A DNA stretch of 64,000 bases from Malacoraja senta. Its lineage: Eukaryota. Where the stretch lies: the NCBI GenBank assembly GCA_038087875.1, contig CM075988.1:11782001-11846000 (forward strand), read 5' to 3'. The translations under genes and the position numbers were made by a program. Under the pieces are notes generated by a model. The model worked only from the letters and a program-made list of their open reading frames with translations, was not told where the DNA came from and searched no databases. Each line of letters begins with the position of its first letter. The first letter of the stretch is position 1. Below, piece after piece: positions 41,575 through 54,755 of the stretch.

Positions 41575-41742
41575 CATATCTTTCATTCATTGTTCTTTAT
41601 CTCTCTACATCATCCTCTATATCTCCCATTTCCCTTATCCCTACTCAGTCCGAAGAAGGGTCTCGACCTGAAACGTCACCCATTCCTTCTCCCCAGAGAT
41701 GCTGCCTGAGTTACTCCAGCTTTATGTGTCTATCTCCAGCAT
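41575..41742 (+). mobile_element. Single-arm hammerhead-bearing element
   Basis: CAGTCCGAAGAAGGGTCTCGACCTGAAACGTCACC. Confidence 0.8.
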
Positions 41743-42087
41743 CAACCAAGAACAATTTAAAGAAACGTTTTAATCATTTATCTCTGTGGGAGTATCCAAC
41801 CCCAAATTAAGTTGTTGCATTCCTATAATACAACATGGAGAATACTGAATAAGTGATGAAGTTATATATTTCTACAGAATAGAAATGGGTACTTTGGCCC
41901 ATGTCCATGAAGATCTTTTGATCCATCTCCACCATTTGGTCTATATCCTTTCCTGCCTTGCCTATTCAACTGGCTGTCAATATATCTCTTAAACCTTGTG
42001 ATTGTATCTGATCCCAACACCTCCTGGCAGTGGGTGCTGAAGCTGGTTCAAGACACAAGGTCTGAAGAAGGGTTCCGAGCCGAAACC

Positions 42088-42442
42088 CAGCTTGGATAGA
42101 GTGGATGTGGATAGGATGTTTCCACTGGTGGGAGAGTCTAGGACTAGAGGTCATAGCCTCAGAATTAAAGGACGTTCTTTTAGGAAGGAAATTAGGAGAC
42201 ATTTCCTTAGTCAGAGGGTGGTGAATCAGTGGATTTTTTTGCCACAGAAGGATGTGGAGGCCAAGTCAGTGGATATTTTTAAGGCAGAGATAGATATATT
42301 CTTGATCAGTACGGGTGTCAGAGGTTATGGGGAGAAGGCAGGAGAATGGGGTTAGGAGGGAGAGATAGATCATCCCTGATTGAATGACAAAGTAGATTTG
42401 ATGGGTCGAATGGCCTAATTCTACTCATATTCCTTATGACCT
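42088..42442 (+). mobile_element. CR1 3' fragment inserted into a hammerhead core
   Basis: LDRVDVDRMFPLVGESRTRGHSLRIKG..QRVVN..GYGEKAGEWG. Confidence 0.92.
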
Positions 42443-44214
42443 AATGAAACGTCACCTGTACATGTTTTCCAGAAATGCTGCCTAACTCGCTGAATTACTC
42501 CAGGATGTTGTGTCATTTTTCGTAAACCAGCATCTGCAGTTTCTTGCGTACACATCAAATACACTTCATTGTACCTGTTTGACAGAATAACATCATGGCA
42601 CAGAAAACTGTCATGGGGGCACGAGATATATTGAAGTCCTTTATTCTCCTCCAAGTTCTGCATGTGATCTTGATCTCCTTTTGTTGGAAGATGCTACTTT
42701 TCAAGTTGGCATTTACCACAATGTCATAGATTTTGTAATCAGTGAACAACTGAGATCTGAAGAAAATCTATCTCTGCAACATGAATCCTTTCCCAATGCT
42801 GGTTCCCATCTGGCTTTAATTCTCTGGAATCTCTGGCAACTAGCATCAGTGATACCAGTAAGTAGTTGGTGCAGCCAAACACATTGAGGAATTCTCACAT
42901 ATGGCAAACCAGGAGGCAAAAATCAAAATATTCAATTACATTTTTGAACATTTTACAGATCATGAAATAGAGATTGGAGCAAATAGATGCAATGAAGATC
43001 AAGGCAGAAACATCTTAGACTTCATCAGAGAAGAAATTATTTTAAAAACTGATTAAGGGATAACATTTTGTGAACTTTTCCTCAGAGAATCAAAATTGAT
43101 GGTTGAAAAAAGTAGGGTTTTTTTAGTCAGGGCTGTTTCGTAGCAACACTATGATTTTAGTTAACATTTTCAGGGTTAATAGCAAACTTTGCTCAATTCA
43201 GTAATTTCTGCAGAATTCACTGGTGAAGTTTGCAAACACATTTTGTTTAGAAAATCACTGACAGTGACTTTCGGATGTTGTGAGATTTGCTCATCTTATT
43301 TATCGTTGTGAATTTTGTTTATTTCCTAGAGCAAATATTGTTGGTTTATTTCAAGTTGGTAATTGCCACAGATGACGTTAGCCTTGCTTCTTGAACCAAC
43401 TTCAGCAGCCACTGCTAGAGGAGGTGATCGGATCAGATACAATTACAATGTTTAAGGAATATTTTGACAGCCAGTTGAATAGGCAAGGCAGAGAAGGATA
43501 GAGACCTAACGGGATTAGTGTAGATGAACCAAAAGATATCCATGGCCAAAGATCTTCATGGCCTAAGTACCTGTTACTGTTCTGTAGAAATATATAACTT
43601 CTTAACTTATTCAGTATTCTCCGTGTTGTTTTATTGGAATGCAACAAATAACTTAATGGACGCAGTGGGCCAAAGGCTCTGTAAGAATATATTACTTCAT
43701 GACTCTGACCCATCAGAGAAGAATTTCTTGGAATGATCAAGAAATGCTCCAGTGAGATATGAAGCATCATATTAAGCAATGTTTCCGCTTTCAAGTAAAT
43801 GCTAGGTATCTATTGTAATATAGACAATGATCCAACCTAATGCTCAGAATATGTTGTCAAACTTATTGGCTTGTTTCTGACTAAATCAAATATGATATCC
43901 TTTACAAATGTTTGTACATCTTCATCCGTGGCCAATAATTCCTTCATAAGGTTATTCAGTGCCAGAATTCACAAGTAACACAAAAAAGAGGAGGCACCCT
44001 CCAGGGACTAATTTAGCAAAACATAAATTTAAAACTTCACCCATTCATCTTTCCACTGCCACTTTAATCCTTTAGAATACCAACTCCTCTAATTCACCCA
44101 TAACTGTGTTATTGTAGGGGGTTTGAATTCTGCTTAGCACCCAAATATTCCTTCAAAATGCTTCAAAAACTTTGAGTTTTAACACAACCTACTTTCCTAA
44201 CCATTCCTACAGAG

Positions 44215-44237
44215 GATATATATATATATATATATAT
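44215..44237. repeat. (TA)n microsatellite
   Basis: Seen directly. Confidence 0.95.
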
Positions 44238-44707
44238 TTGAATTTCTATTTTAATTGACTATTTTACATTTGCCCCTCATTCTCATTTATTTGACATTTT
44301 TTAAATAAATGTTCTATTTTTCTTCAATTGGGGTACCTTTTTGTAGAATGTTAATTTTTTTAGGGCATCACCCTTGGGCGAACTTTACTTTCTTAAAATG
44401 ATATCTTTTTGTCTCTTTTCACACTTCGTGATTGCTTGATCATTTTGCGGTTAATGATGTCATGGTTACCAGCCACTGGAGAATCCATTACTTTGACATT
44501 GTTGCTGAAGTTCTGGAAACATTTTGAATCCAAATATAAAGGAGAATTGGTCCTCTTGATGTATCAACCCATCATTTTCACTGCAGGCTGTAGCCTAGTT
44601 AATGAATCTGGCTTGTTTCATTAAACGTATTTCATTTGGCCACATTCATTAGTTTACTGATTATTGTTCTAACTTCTAATGTGGTATTAACTTTATTGAA
44701 AGAGTAC

Positions 44708-45020
44708 CCAGTGATGCAACTGGTACAACTGCTGACTCGGGTTAGATGCCCAAGACCTGCGTTCGATCATGACCTCGGGCGCTGTCTGTGTGGAGTTTGC
44801 ACGTTCTCCCTGTGACTGCTGAGTTTCCTTTGGTTGCTCCAGTTTCCTCGAACTTCCCAAAGACTTATAGACTTGTAGGTTAATTGTCCTCTGTAAATTG
44901 TCCTTGCTGTGTTGGGAGTAGCTCCAAAAATGGGATAACATAGAACTAGTGTGATCGAACGATTGATGGTTAGCAGTGCTTCTGTGGGCCCAATGGCCTG
45001 TTCTAAGCTGTACTTTTCAA
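44708..45020 (+). mobile_element. HE1-like V-SINE
   Basis: GTTCGATC B box, GCTGTCTGTGTGGAGTTTGCACGTTCTCCC core. Confidence 0.85.
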
Positions 45021-46065
45021 CCTTTTAATCATTTCAATCAATTAAGAAATGTGTTCCTTCAGAAGTGGGAAAATTGGGCGGGAGCTGGGTATACACAGCC
45101 TTGTCCTGCTATCTTCTCACACTCATAGTTTGCGTCATAGAATAGGATAGCATGGAAACAGGCCCTTCAGCCCACCACTTCAGTGCTGACCTTTTTGCCC
45201 ATCTACCTTAATCCTTCTGCCCGCATTAGGGCAGTAGACATCCCTGCCTCTCAGTTAGTACAGATGTAGGGTTGCAACTCCACCTCCCAATGCATCCTAG
45301 AATCCTGCAGCAGAATCTCACGGGTATCGGGCCCGTAGTATCACCATGAGAAGGGCTGAGCCAAGACCTGCCCTGCAATCGCTCTCAGCCAGGAAAATCC
45401 CTACCACTAGCGTGGCCAGCTGTCGAAGCTGTAAGAGTTTTTCAACAACTTTTAAAATATATCTGAAATTGGGAGTCATTTAAAAACCAGTTAATATTAA
45501 ATTACATACAAAAATGCATTGCAAATTGAAAAACGTAAGGTTTATAATCGAAAATTTAAAGCCAATCAGAAATAATATAAAAATAGTCATGATATTCCAC
45601 TTTGGCTCCTAATCTGCCGTTACCATGGAAATCATTGGGCCATGGATCCTGTGGACTCCACCGGAAATCAGATGTTTCAGCAAAGTGGCAGATTCGAGAA
45701 AAACAAGAAACATAAATGCTGGAGTTACTCAGCAGTTGGGCAGCATCTCAGGAGAACATGGACAGGTGACATTTCAAGTCAGGACCTTGTTCTCATAGAT
45801 TCAGGCGGCTACTTTGGGACTTCTCTATCTAAAAGATTATCTATTGTGAATTTGAGTGCAGGCTGCTCTGAACTGAATCACTGTCATTCTCCACCCAGTG
45901 AAACATTAAATGATGAACAGGTACCCTGGATTGTTTATTGAATTGAGAATATCTCGGATCCCGTTCCTACTTATGGCGATGACTTTCATGTCAGTAACTG
46001 GGAGAGAGCTAAAAAAAAAGGGCCACATTGACATGAACCAGCAGAAATTCTCATTCCTAACTTTG

Positions 46066-46357
46066 AACTTGAGACTTTAGAGATATAGCATGGAAACAGG
46101 ACTTTGGCCCACCAAGTCCGCACCGACCAGCAATTACCCCATACATTAGCACTGTCCTACATACTAGGGACAATATATAATTTTTTACCAAAGCCGATTA
46201 ACCTACAAACTTGTACGTCTTTGGAGTGTGGGAGGAAACCAGAGCACCCGGAGACAACCCAGGCGGTCACATACAGACGGCACAAATAGTCAGGATTGAA
46301 CGCGGGTCTCTGGCTCTGTAAGGCAGCAACTCTATCGCTGCGCCACTGCGCCATCCC
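46066..46357 (-). mobile_element. HE1-like V-SINE
   Basis: GGCGCAGTGGCGCAGCG head, GTTCAATCC B box, core and tail. Confidence 0.9.
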
Positions 46358-47397
46358 TTGAAAACAAAGGCTTTCAATGTATCTCAGTACACGTGATAAT
46401 TAACCGATACTAATACCAATAATGAGTTGCATAACAAAGTGTAATATAGAGATAGTTATGAATGATGCCAATGACACAGGAGAACCAGAAAAAATGGATT
46501 CCAAAGTGAGTCTATGTCTGATAAAGAGGGGCAGTGAGTCTTGCTGGAATTTCAAGGGTTAAATTGTTCATTCGTGACCTGCACTGTGGTTTACAAACAC
46601 TGCAGAGTAGAGCAGAACCTTATTCAAACTCATATGACACTCTCATAAATTTTGTAATAAAATTGACATTACTTCATGTTCAATTCTGGAAAGAGATCCT
46701 CAGCACCTTGTTTCAAATCAAATGCTGAATACATAAAGTACCAAGTGTGGAATGAAGTTATATTTTAAAAAAAACATTGAAATACAGAAGGTCAGGCAGC
46801 TGTTTGCTGTGATCCAATCAGCCCCAAGCCGATTGGGAAGCTTGTGCATTGCAAAAGGTCCTGATGGGGGCGATCACATCTAACTGTTGCAAAACTCCAT
46901 CTGAGATATGATGGGAGCGGTGTTGGAGGAGATTAAAAAATGTTTGTGGGACTGGCTAATAATTTTTGTATTTTAGATGGTTATGTAAGTGAATGGAAAA
47001 GTCAATTGTTTTCAATACACATCTCGTGATGCTGCCGAGCATGGCTTCACTTCAGGGAATAGACTGATTTGGTTCATCGGGATCTTCAGAGATAATGACA
47101 TCCAGAGTCTTGGATTGAGTAGGCAGATGCCAAACTCTGGGAGTGTCTGAGAGGGTGGCCAAGAACCCTTGGAGCATCCAAAATGGAGGACAGTGCACTT
47201 GAAGCAAGACCAGGTGGTATGTTAAGACCCACTGCATTAAAAAAAGTTAATATTATGGAAGCTTCAGTTTTCTCAGTATTGCAATTGAGGTCCTTGGATA
47301 TCATATTACTGTGATGAAATGACAGTAGTGCCCTTGGATATGATACTGGGTGCTCAGGCCTGGGTGCGACCACAGGTCTCAGTCACTCTTGGCCGAC

Positions 47398-48520
47398 TAT
47401 TGGGGGTTCAGTATTGATGTGGATAGAGAACTGGCTGGCAGACAGGAAGTAAAGAGTAGGAGTAAACGGGTCCTTTTCACAATGGCAGGCAGTGACTAGT
47501 GGGGTACCGCAAGGCTCAGTGCTGGGACCCCAGCTATTTACGATATATATTAATGATTTGGACGAGGGAATTGAATGCAACATCTCCAAGTTTGCGGATG
47601 ACATGAAGCTGGGGGGCAGTGTTAGCTGTGAGGAGGATGCTCGGAGGCTGCAAGGTGACTTGGATAGGCTGGGTGAGTGGGCAAATGCATGGCAGATGCA
47701 GTATAATGTGGATAAATGTGAGGTTATCCACTTTGGTGGCAAAAACAGGAAAGTAGACTATTATCTGAATGGTGGCCGATTAGGAAAAGGGGAGATGCAA
47801 TGAGACCTGGGTGTCATGGTACACCAGTCATTAAAAGTAGGCATGCAGGTGCAGCAGGCAGTGAAGAAGGCGAATGGTATGTTGGCATTCATAGCAAAAG
47901 GATTTGAGTATAGGAGCAGGGAGGTTCTACTGCAGTTGTACAGGGTCTTGGTGAGACCACACCTGGAGTATTGCGTACAGTTTTGGTCTCCTAATCTGAG
48001 GAAAGACATTCTTGCCATAGAGGGAGTACAGAGAAGGTTCACCAGACTGATTCCTGGGATGTCAGGACTATCATATGAAGAAAGACTGGATAGACTCGGT
48101 TTGTACTCGCTAGAATTTAGAAGATTGAGGGGGGATCTTATAGAAACGTACAAAATTCTTAAGGGGTTGGACAGGCTAGATGCAGGAAGATTGTTCCCGA
48201 TTTTGGGGAAGTCCAGAACAAGGGGTCACAGTTTAAGGATAAGGGGGAAATCTTTTAGGACCGAGATGAGGAAAACATTTTTCACACAGAGAGTGGTGAA
48301 TCTCTGGAATTCTCTGCCACAGAAGGTAGTTGATGCCAGTTCATTGGCTATATTTAAGAGGGAGTTAGATGTGGCCCTTGTGGCTAAAGGGATCAGGGGG
48401 TATGAAGAGAAACCAGGTACAGGATACTGAGTTGGATGATCAGCCATGATCATATTGAATGGCGGTGCAGGCTCGAAGGGCCGAATGGCCTACTCCTGCA
48501 CCTATTTTCTATGTTTCTAT
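47398..48520 (+). mobile_element. Young 5'-truncated CR1 LINE (RT C-terminal half, 3' UTR)
   Basis: SGVPQGSVLGPQLF, KFADD, RPHLEYCVQFWSP, RGDLIETYK, FFTQRVVNLWNSLP; one in-frame TGA at 47801 (likely CGA>TGA CpG decay); ends in TTTCTATG repeats. Confidence 0.95.
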
Positions 48521-49357
48521 CGTAGAGGAAGGGGTTCTACAGCAAAATAATGTCCAGTTAAAGAACATCAAGTAGGAGGCAGTAAGGGTGCTGTGATCAG
48601 CATTCAGATAAAATAATTTAGCCGTATATCTGCAGCAGCTGCTGTCAATCTGGGACAGAATCATGAGTTAGTTTAATTCCTTGCTCTGTAGAAAATTTTA
48701 CAAGGTGCAAACTGCTGTCTGAGAAAATAAGCAAGAAATGAGTTACCACCTGTGCCATTAAACACAAAACATTTGTTATGCGATCAGAGTTCAGCCCAGG
48801 AGCTGTCCAACTGTTCAGTGCTGATCCCTTTTGTAAGTTTGTAGAATACACACAGTCTGGTGGCATATCTTGATGCTGTATGAGCAATGTGTTGGCATGG
48901 ACTACGGTGGCATCAGGAAGGTTCAAGGATCTTCAATGGTATAAAAGGACAATGTGTTTCAAAATGCCCTAGGTAAGACCAAGCTTGCCTTGCTTTGAAC
49001 TACATTTCTGTATATCCAGGATGGAGACATTACCATTCCCATTCATTGAAAAGCGGAACTGTTTATTCTAGATCTCCCGTACAGATGAAGTTAAGATGAT
49101 AAAGAGCATCATGTTTCATATTTTCCCAGCCACTGGCTGTATGTCGGGAATCAAGGTAATTGGTTCATTTCTGCATCTGAAAGATGAGAATGAAGCTAAT
49201 CAATTTGTTTATCTGTTGTTGGTTATAATGATTGAAATATCAAAATAGACTCCTGTACATTAGTGCTTCCTTGACCACTCTCACTGACTATGCTTTGATT
49301 TTGGTCTCTGCATGAGAGATACGCATTGTGCTTTCTTATTTCCAGTGAGGTGTAACA

Positions 49358-49515
49358 TACAAACATAGAAAATAGATGCAGGAGTAGGCCATTCGGCCCT
49401 TCGAGCCAGCACCAGCAATCAATATGATCATGGCTCATCATCCAAAATCAGTACCTCAGTCCCTGCTTTTTCCTCATATCCCTTGATTCCGCTAGCCCTA
49501 AGAGCTCTATCTAAC
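49358..49515 (-). mobile_element. CR1 3' end fragment
   Basis: Reverse complement of the CR1 tail. Confidence 0.85.
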
Positions 49516-51734
49516 TGAACCATTTAAGAGCGCGTTTTGAACTGATAAATTGGCAATATGAACAATGGATGTGAATTGAGAGCAGGTGCCATGCCTAGCC
49601 AGATTAAGACTCAACAAGCCCAACCTTTATTAAGAAGGGGGCCATATTTAAACATGCCCTCTCACGTGGTACTGTGGTACATTTACCACCTGGAGGTTGG
49701 AGGTGGAAAATGTATGCATCCGTCGGCGGAGCAATGGTTACCCATAACATTGAGAATGCTGGGGATTTTAATGATGCACTGTTCCTGAGGGTGTAGGTAG
49801 GTCCTGGTGTTGACATTTACCACAAAATTCAGGCCAAAGAGATCCTAGGATTCCTCACCGAGTGGATGAATGCCTCGTATTTCTCGAGCCTCCCAAACAG
49901 TTCAAAATGGAGGTAAAGCTTTCAAGCTTAACTTTGAGTTGTATCTCCTATTATGTTTCAAGACTTCTCATTTTGTTGACCTGGATGTTACCCCAATTGC
50001 TAAGAACTGATTTATAAGTAAGCAGCTGCCTTCCTTAAGCACAAGTCATATCAAGAAAGAAAGGAAGCGAGACATTGACTGCTGGTTCTCTAATTCCTTA
50101 CTTGACCCATCTTGGGTCACATTGAGTCCATTAAGTTAGGCTGAAAACATGTATCAATGAAAATTAAGTACAATGCACTTCACTTGACATGATCATTGGT
50201 CTCGGGGATCAATTCACCTTATGGATCAAGTCGTATTTTTACAAAATCATTTCCCATTTACAGAAGTACATTTGCCCTTGGTTGTAATGATCTATGGCCA
50301 TTTACTCCAAAAGATCAATTTTGAAATGATTGACTTGGATGTTTCACAGCCAGGAATTAAATCGCAGATTGTGGGAATGTCTATTAAAGGGAAGTGGACC
50401 AAGATTGACTTTCTCTGGGTTTAAAAGCAGCCTCCTCTTTATTCCTTTATCAGAGCACAAGGTTTTATTAACTGAAAGTGTCACGGGAAGCCTGTTTGCT
50501 CCTGTTCTTTGGCGAAAAGTAAATGTCTTCTGAAGGCATCAAGCCAATTCTACCACCCACGTGTCTCAATGATAACACTCTGGTGAACTTGACCCAAGCT
50601 GAGATCTATATGATTTTGGAGCCCGTTGTTAAACTCTGGCCAGTTCTGTAAAATGTGGACAATCAAATTATCTGCCCATTATAAACTATAATCATTTCTA
50701 CTGAATGGAAAGACAAATTAGCTGGCATGCATAATGGATAGTCATTTAGATATGATAGTACTAGAGATTAAATCAATTATTCTTGTGCTGTAAAAATGGA
50801 ACATGTATTTTTTTTTATGTTTAAGGATAGTGTATGATTTAAGGGCCTACTTTTTTTCTTCCATACACTGAAAACCCAGATTAGCATCCATACTTTGGAA
50901 TATATTCAGAGTATGTCATATTTTTAAAATGAAAAATGAAGACTATATGCTCACACAAAGGATTTCAGTGGGGAAATATGGATTGAAAAATAGGAACTTT
51001 GTCATTTATGATGAGTGGTGATAAGATGCGATCTTCAAGATGATAAAGTCTCCATTTACCAAATAGTGACATATTGTGGTTTATCTTTTAATGATATTAA
51101 AATATATAAATTAGCTTATTGACTCTGAACAGAACTGTTAGATATAATCATCTGGTCAGTTGGTCTTGGACCACCATGGTTATTTGGTCAAACACAGAAG
51201 TCCTAAATGAACCAGAGATCAAAATGTTGATCAAAATGAGATCAAAATGCGAAATCTTCCTCCAAAACTCCAGTGTGCAGCATTGATATTCTGATCTGAA
51301 ACTTTGCGTGACACTGACGTGAACCCACAAGGTGCCAACTCTCTGAAGAGACTTGAAAGAAAGTGGTTTACCTATCTTTTAAGTTAATGGGTTTTTTTTA
51401 AAACTATTTACAATCATTTAATATATTTTAATAGGATATATGTCTTAAGCATATATATGCATTATAGCATTATATACTGCATTATATATTGGATATAGTA
51501 TGTTTTTATTTATTTATTTAAATCTATGTAGTGTCTGAGATATACAGCACAGAAACAAACCCTTTGGCCCATTGAATCAGTGTCGACATTAAGCACCCAT
51601 TTACACCATTTGGATATGCAGAGCATTTTATCCTCCCCAGTTCTCCTGATTCGACCATTCACCTACACGCTAATGGCAATTTACAGTAGCCAATGAACCA
51701 AGCAACCAGTGCAGGAAGGAACAGCAGATGCAGC

Positions 51735-51972
51735 CCATTCAAGGGATCTGGGGAGAAAGCAGGAACGGGGTACTGATTTTAGACCCTTTTGCAACCAGTG
51801 CCCATGCGAGCGTAACCTGCACGATATAGCCCAGCTGTTGGCGGTTGTGCAGTAAACAAGCAGAAGCAGAAGCAGAAGCAGATGATCAGCCATGATCATA
51901 TTGAATGGTGGTGCTGGCTCGAAGGGCTGAGTGGCCTACTCCTGCACCTATTTTTCCTTGTTTTCTATGTTT
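51735..51972 (+). mobile_element. CR1 3' end with a ~100-bp insertion
   Basis: GGGGTACTGATTTT|insert|AGATGATCAGCCATG, compared with the uninterrupted copy at 713-741. Confidence 0.85.
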
Positions 51973-52066
51973 CAATGCTGGTTTATATCGAAGATAGGCA
52001 CAAATGATGGAGCAACTCAGTGGATCAGGCTGAGAGAAAGAATAGGTGACATTTTGTGTCGGAACC

Positions 52067-52270
52067 TGTGATGATGTGACACAAACACACACTAAGATAC
52101 AACGCATGTTTATTAAATCATTTACAGCATAGGATCTGCATACGTTACAGCTCCGAGCTGCTACTTCTACTAGCTAGCGTAAGTGAGCTCTTGATACTAT
52201 AAAGCACATACTAGGCAGAGCTACTACTAACAAGCACTATAATTGGCTAGTATGAAATAGCCAATCTACA
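52067..52270 (-). mobile_element. Solo LTR (204 bp)
   Basis: TGT..ACA termini; 5-bp TSD GAACC at 52062-52066 and 52271-52275; minus-strand AATAAA ~40 bp from the left end; removing it restores the host element. Confidence 0.8.
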
Positions 52271-52634
52271 GAACCCTTCTTCAGACTGAATGTAGAGATG
52301 GGGGCGGGGGCGGGGGCAAATAAACTGGAGGCGAGAAAAGGCAAGAACAAATCCGGGATGGGAACAGATGGCCAAACAACCTGCATGGCTTTGGGATGTA
52401 GGAACAAACTGGAGCTCCTGGGAAACCCACGTGGTCACAGGGAATACATACAGAGACCACATCTACAACACCTAAGGTCCGGATGGAACCCAGGGCAGTG
52501 GCACAGGAAGGCGCTTGAGCTGTGCTACTGTGCAATAGATGATCAGAAATACATGGACATAGATTTAAAAGCCTTTGACAACTGCAAGCTGTCACAACAT
52601 TCTGGGTGAGAACGCAGGATCCATGATTAGCAGC

Positions 52635-53100
52635 TTTAGACTTTAGAGATACAGTGTGGAAACAGGCCTTTCAGCCCACTAAGTCCACACCGACCAGTGA
52701 TCCCCAGACACTAACACTATCCTACACACTAGGCACAATTTACAAGTTTTACTAAAGCCAATTAACCTACAAACCCATTTGTCTTTGGAATGAGGTAGGA
52801 AACCAGAGCATGCAGAGAAAAGCATTCAGTCACAGGGAGAACGTACAAACTCCACACTGACAGCAACCGTCATCAGGATCGAACCAGGGTTTCCGGCAAT
52901 AATAGACAATAGGTGCAGGAGTAGGCCATTCGGCCCTTTGAGCCAGCACCGCCATTCACTGTGATCATGGCTGATCATCCACAATCAGTACCCCATTCCG
53001 GCCTTCTCCCCGTATCCCTTGACTCCGCTATTTTGAGAGCTCTGTCTAACTCAAGGCAATGTAAGGCAACAAGTTTACTGCTGCGCCACTGCACCGCCCC
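52635..53100 (-). mobile_element. HE1-like V-SINE interrupted by a CR1 end
   Basis: Head at 53061-53100, body at 52635-52900. Confidence 0.85.
52901..53054 (-). mobile_element. CR1 3' end inserted in an HE1-like SINE
   Basis: Flanked by GGCAAT at 52895-52900 and 53055-53060. Confidence 0.85.
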
Positions 53101-53904
53101 CTGCTGGAACTGTTACTACCTCATGAGACTCTTTCCAGCTACTAACTATCAGCTCAGCCAAACTTTCCTCTGCGGGGAGATGTATCCAGGCAGTTATAAT
53201 ACTCTAACACTTTGCAGGCCTGACCCAGGGTTACCTGGCCTCAAATTTTATCATGAAATCAAAACTGAAAGGAAAGTTTAGATAAAATCTTTTGGACAAA
53301 TAAAATCTTTTGGACAGATCATTAGAATTTTAAATTGAAATTGTTCTTGAAGTACAGTAAATACTTTTCATATGAACTTGCTTAAGAGAAATGTTGAAGA
53401 GTTTTGCCGTTATCAGCAGAATGGATTAGACTACTTAGCAAGTATAAAGTTATATAAACCTAATGGACCAAATAGTGCGATCTACACTGTAGGTTGCTAT
53501 CATTTCAACAAAAAAATGTTCAGAGGTAGAAATGTGTTCTCGGTTCTATGCACTAAACATACGCATTAGTAGCAGATGTTTCTAACTTGTTTCTCCGATG
53601 TTGATGATATTGAAGTTGTAACAAGGTTCATTGTCTATATCCAACGGAGGACACTTTGCTATTTTTCATCTCTCCTATCACTAAAACTCTTCGCCTTGTT
53701 TGTGGTTGTGTGTGTGCTGTGTCAATTTCTATTTTCTTATTTTCTTCCAAACGCTAGGCCACAACCTTCCCATTTTCACACATTCTACTCTCATGTTTCC
53801 CACCGAGGCCATAAACATCTTCCCGTCGCATTCCCACCTATATTTCCGGACTTTTTAATCGTTTAAAGTTTTTTAAAAAGCCAGAAAACTCACCCATTTC
53901 GGAG

Positions 53905-54210
53905 AAAAAACCCGAGTGACGTCACAAACGACTCGCAAGGCAGGACGGGACACTCCGGGAGGGAGGGGCACTCCAGCGCACTCACGTGGCAGCTGCTGCC
54001 AGTGCCCAATGCCCGACGGGCAGGGTGGTGCTGGAGCTGGAGTGAGAGCCGGGCCCGGGGCTGAAAAATAAGCCGCCGCTGGAACCATGGGTCCGGGGTC
54101 AGGAACGAGCCCACTGGAGTCCAGGCGGCTGCAATCTACAGCCAGGGCCGAGCCGACTACGAGAACCAGGCCGAGATTCAGGCCCTGGCACTACTCTACG
54201 ACCTGGGTAG
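53905..54210. promoter_or_regulatory. CpG/GC-rich island with CRE palindrome and E-box (inside the putative Helitron)
   Basis: GTGACGTCAC 53916-53925; CACGTG 53983-53988; donor-like sites on both strands (GTGAGT minus 53888-53893, GTAGGG plus 54207-54212). Confidence 0.4.
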
Positions 54211-54224
54211 GGCCTGGGGCAAGG

Positions 54225-54755
54225 AATGGGAGTGAGGGGAGGGGGATGATGGAAATAAGGAGGAGGGAGATGGGGTGGGGAGTGGAGTGGTAGAGGGAGA
54301 TGGGGGGAGGGGGTGGGTGGAGGGAGATGCCCCTCCCATCCTCTCTACCCCCCCTCTACTCCCCTCTACCCCCTCCATATCTACCCTCACTACCACCCTC
54401 TACCCCCTCCCTCTCTACCTTCACTCCTACTCTCTCTACCCCCTCCCTCTCTACCTCCCTCCCTCTCTACCTCCCTCCCTCTCTATCCCCTTCCCTCTCT
54501 ATCCCCCTCCCTCTCTACCGTCCCTCCCCGACTCTACCCCCTCCCTCTCTGCCCCTCTCCCTCTCTAACCCAGCCCCCTCCCTCTACCCTCTGTACCCCA
54601 CTACCTCTCACTCTACCCCCATCCCCCTCCCTGTCCCTCTCTACCCCCTCCCTCTCTACCCTCCCTCCCTCTCTCCTACCTCTACCTCTCTAGGTATTGA
54701 AGAGGGAGGGTGAAGAGGAGGAGGTGGGAGTGCTGGGGGATGAGGAGAAGTTGGG
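54225..54755. repeat. Low-complexity purine/pyrimidine tract (degenerate CCCTCTCTAC units flanked by G-rich blocks)
   Basis: Visible directly; accounts for the Pro/Ser/Leu-rich spurious ORFs. Confidence 0.95.

Noticed and set aside
45268..45930. TAGGGTTGC as a possible hAT TIR
   Set aside because: No matching right TIR or 8-bp TSD found.
47761..48153. Antisense ORF over the CR1
   Set aside because: Shadow frame of the RT coding sequence.
54087..54206. ATG in good Kozak context as the first exon of a named host gene
   Set aside because: Peptide not recognised, no matching second exon found, and the region lies within putative Helitron ends.
54275..54713. Pro/Ser/Leu-rich ORFs
   Set aside because: Artefacts of a stop-free low-complexity tract.
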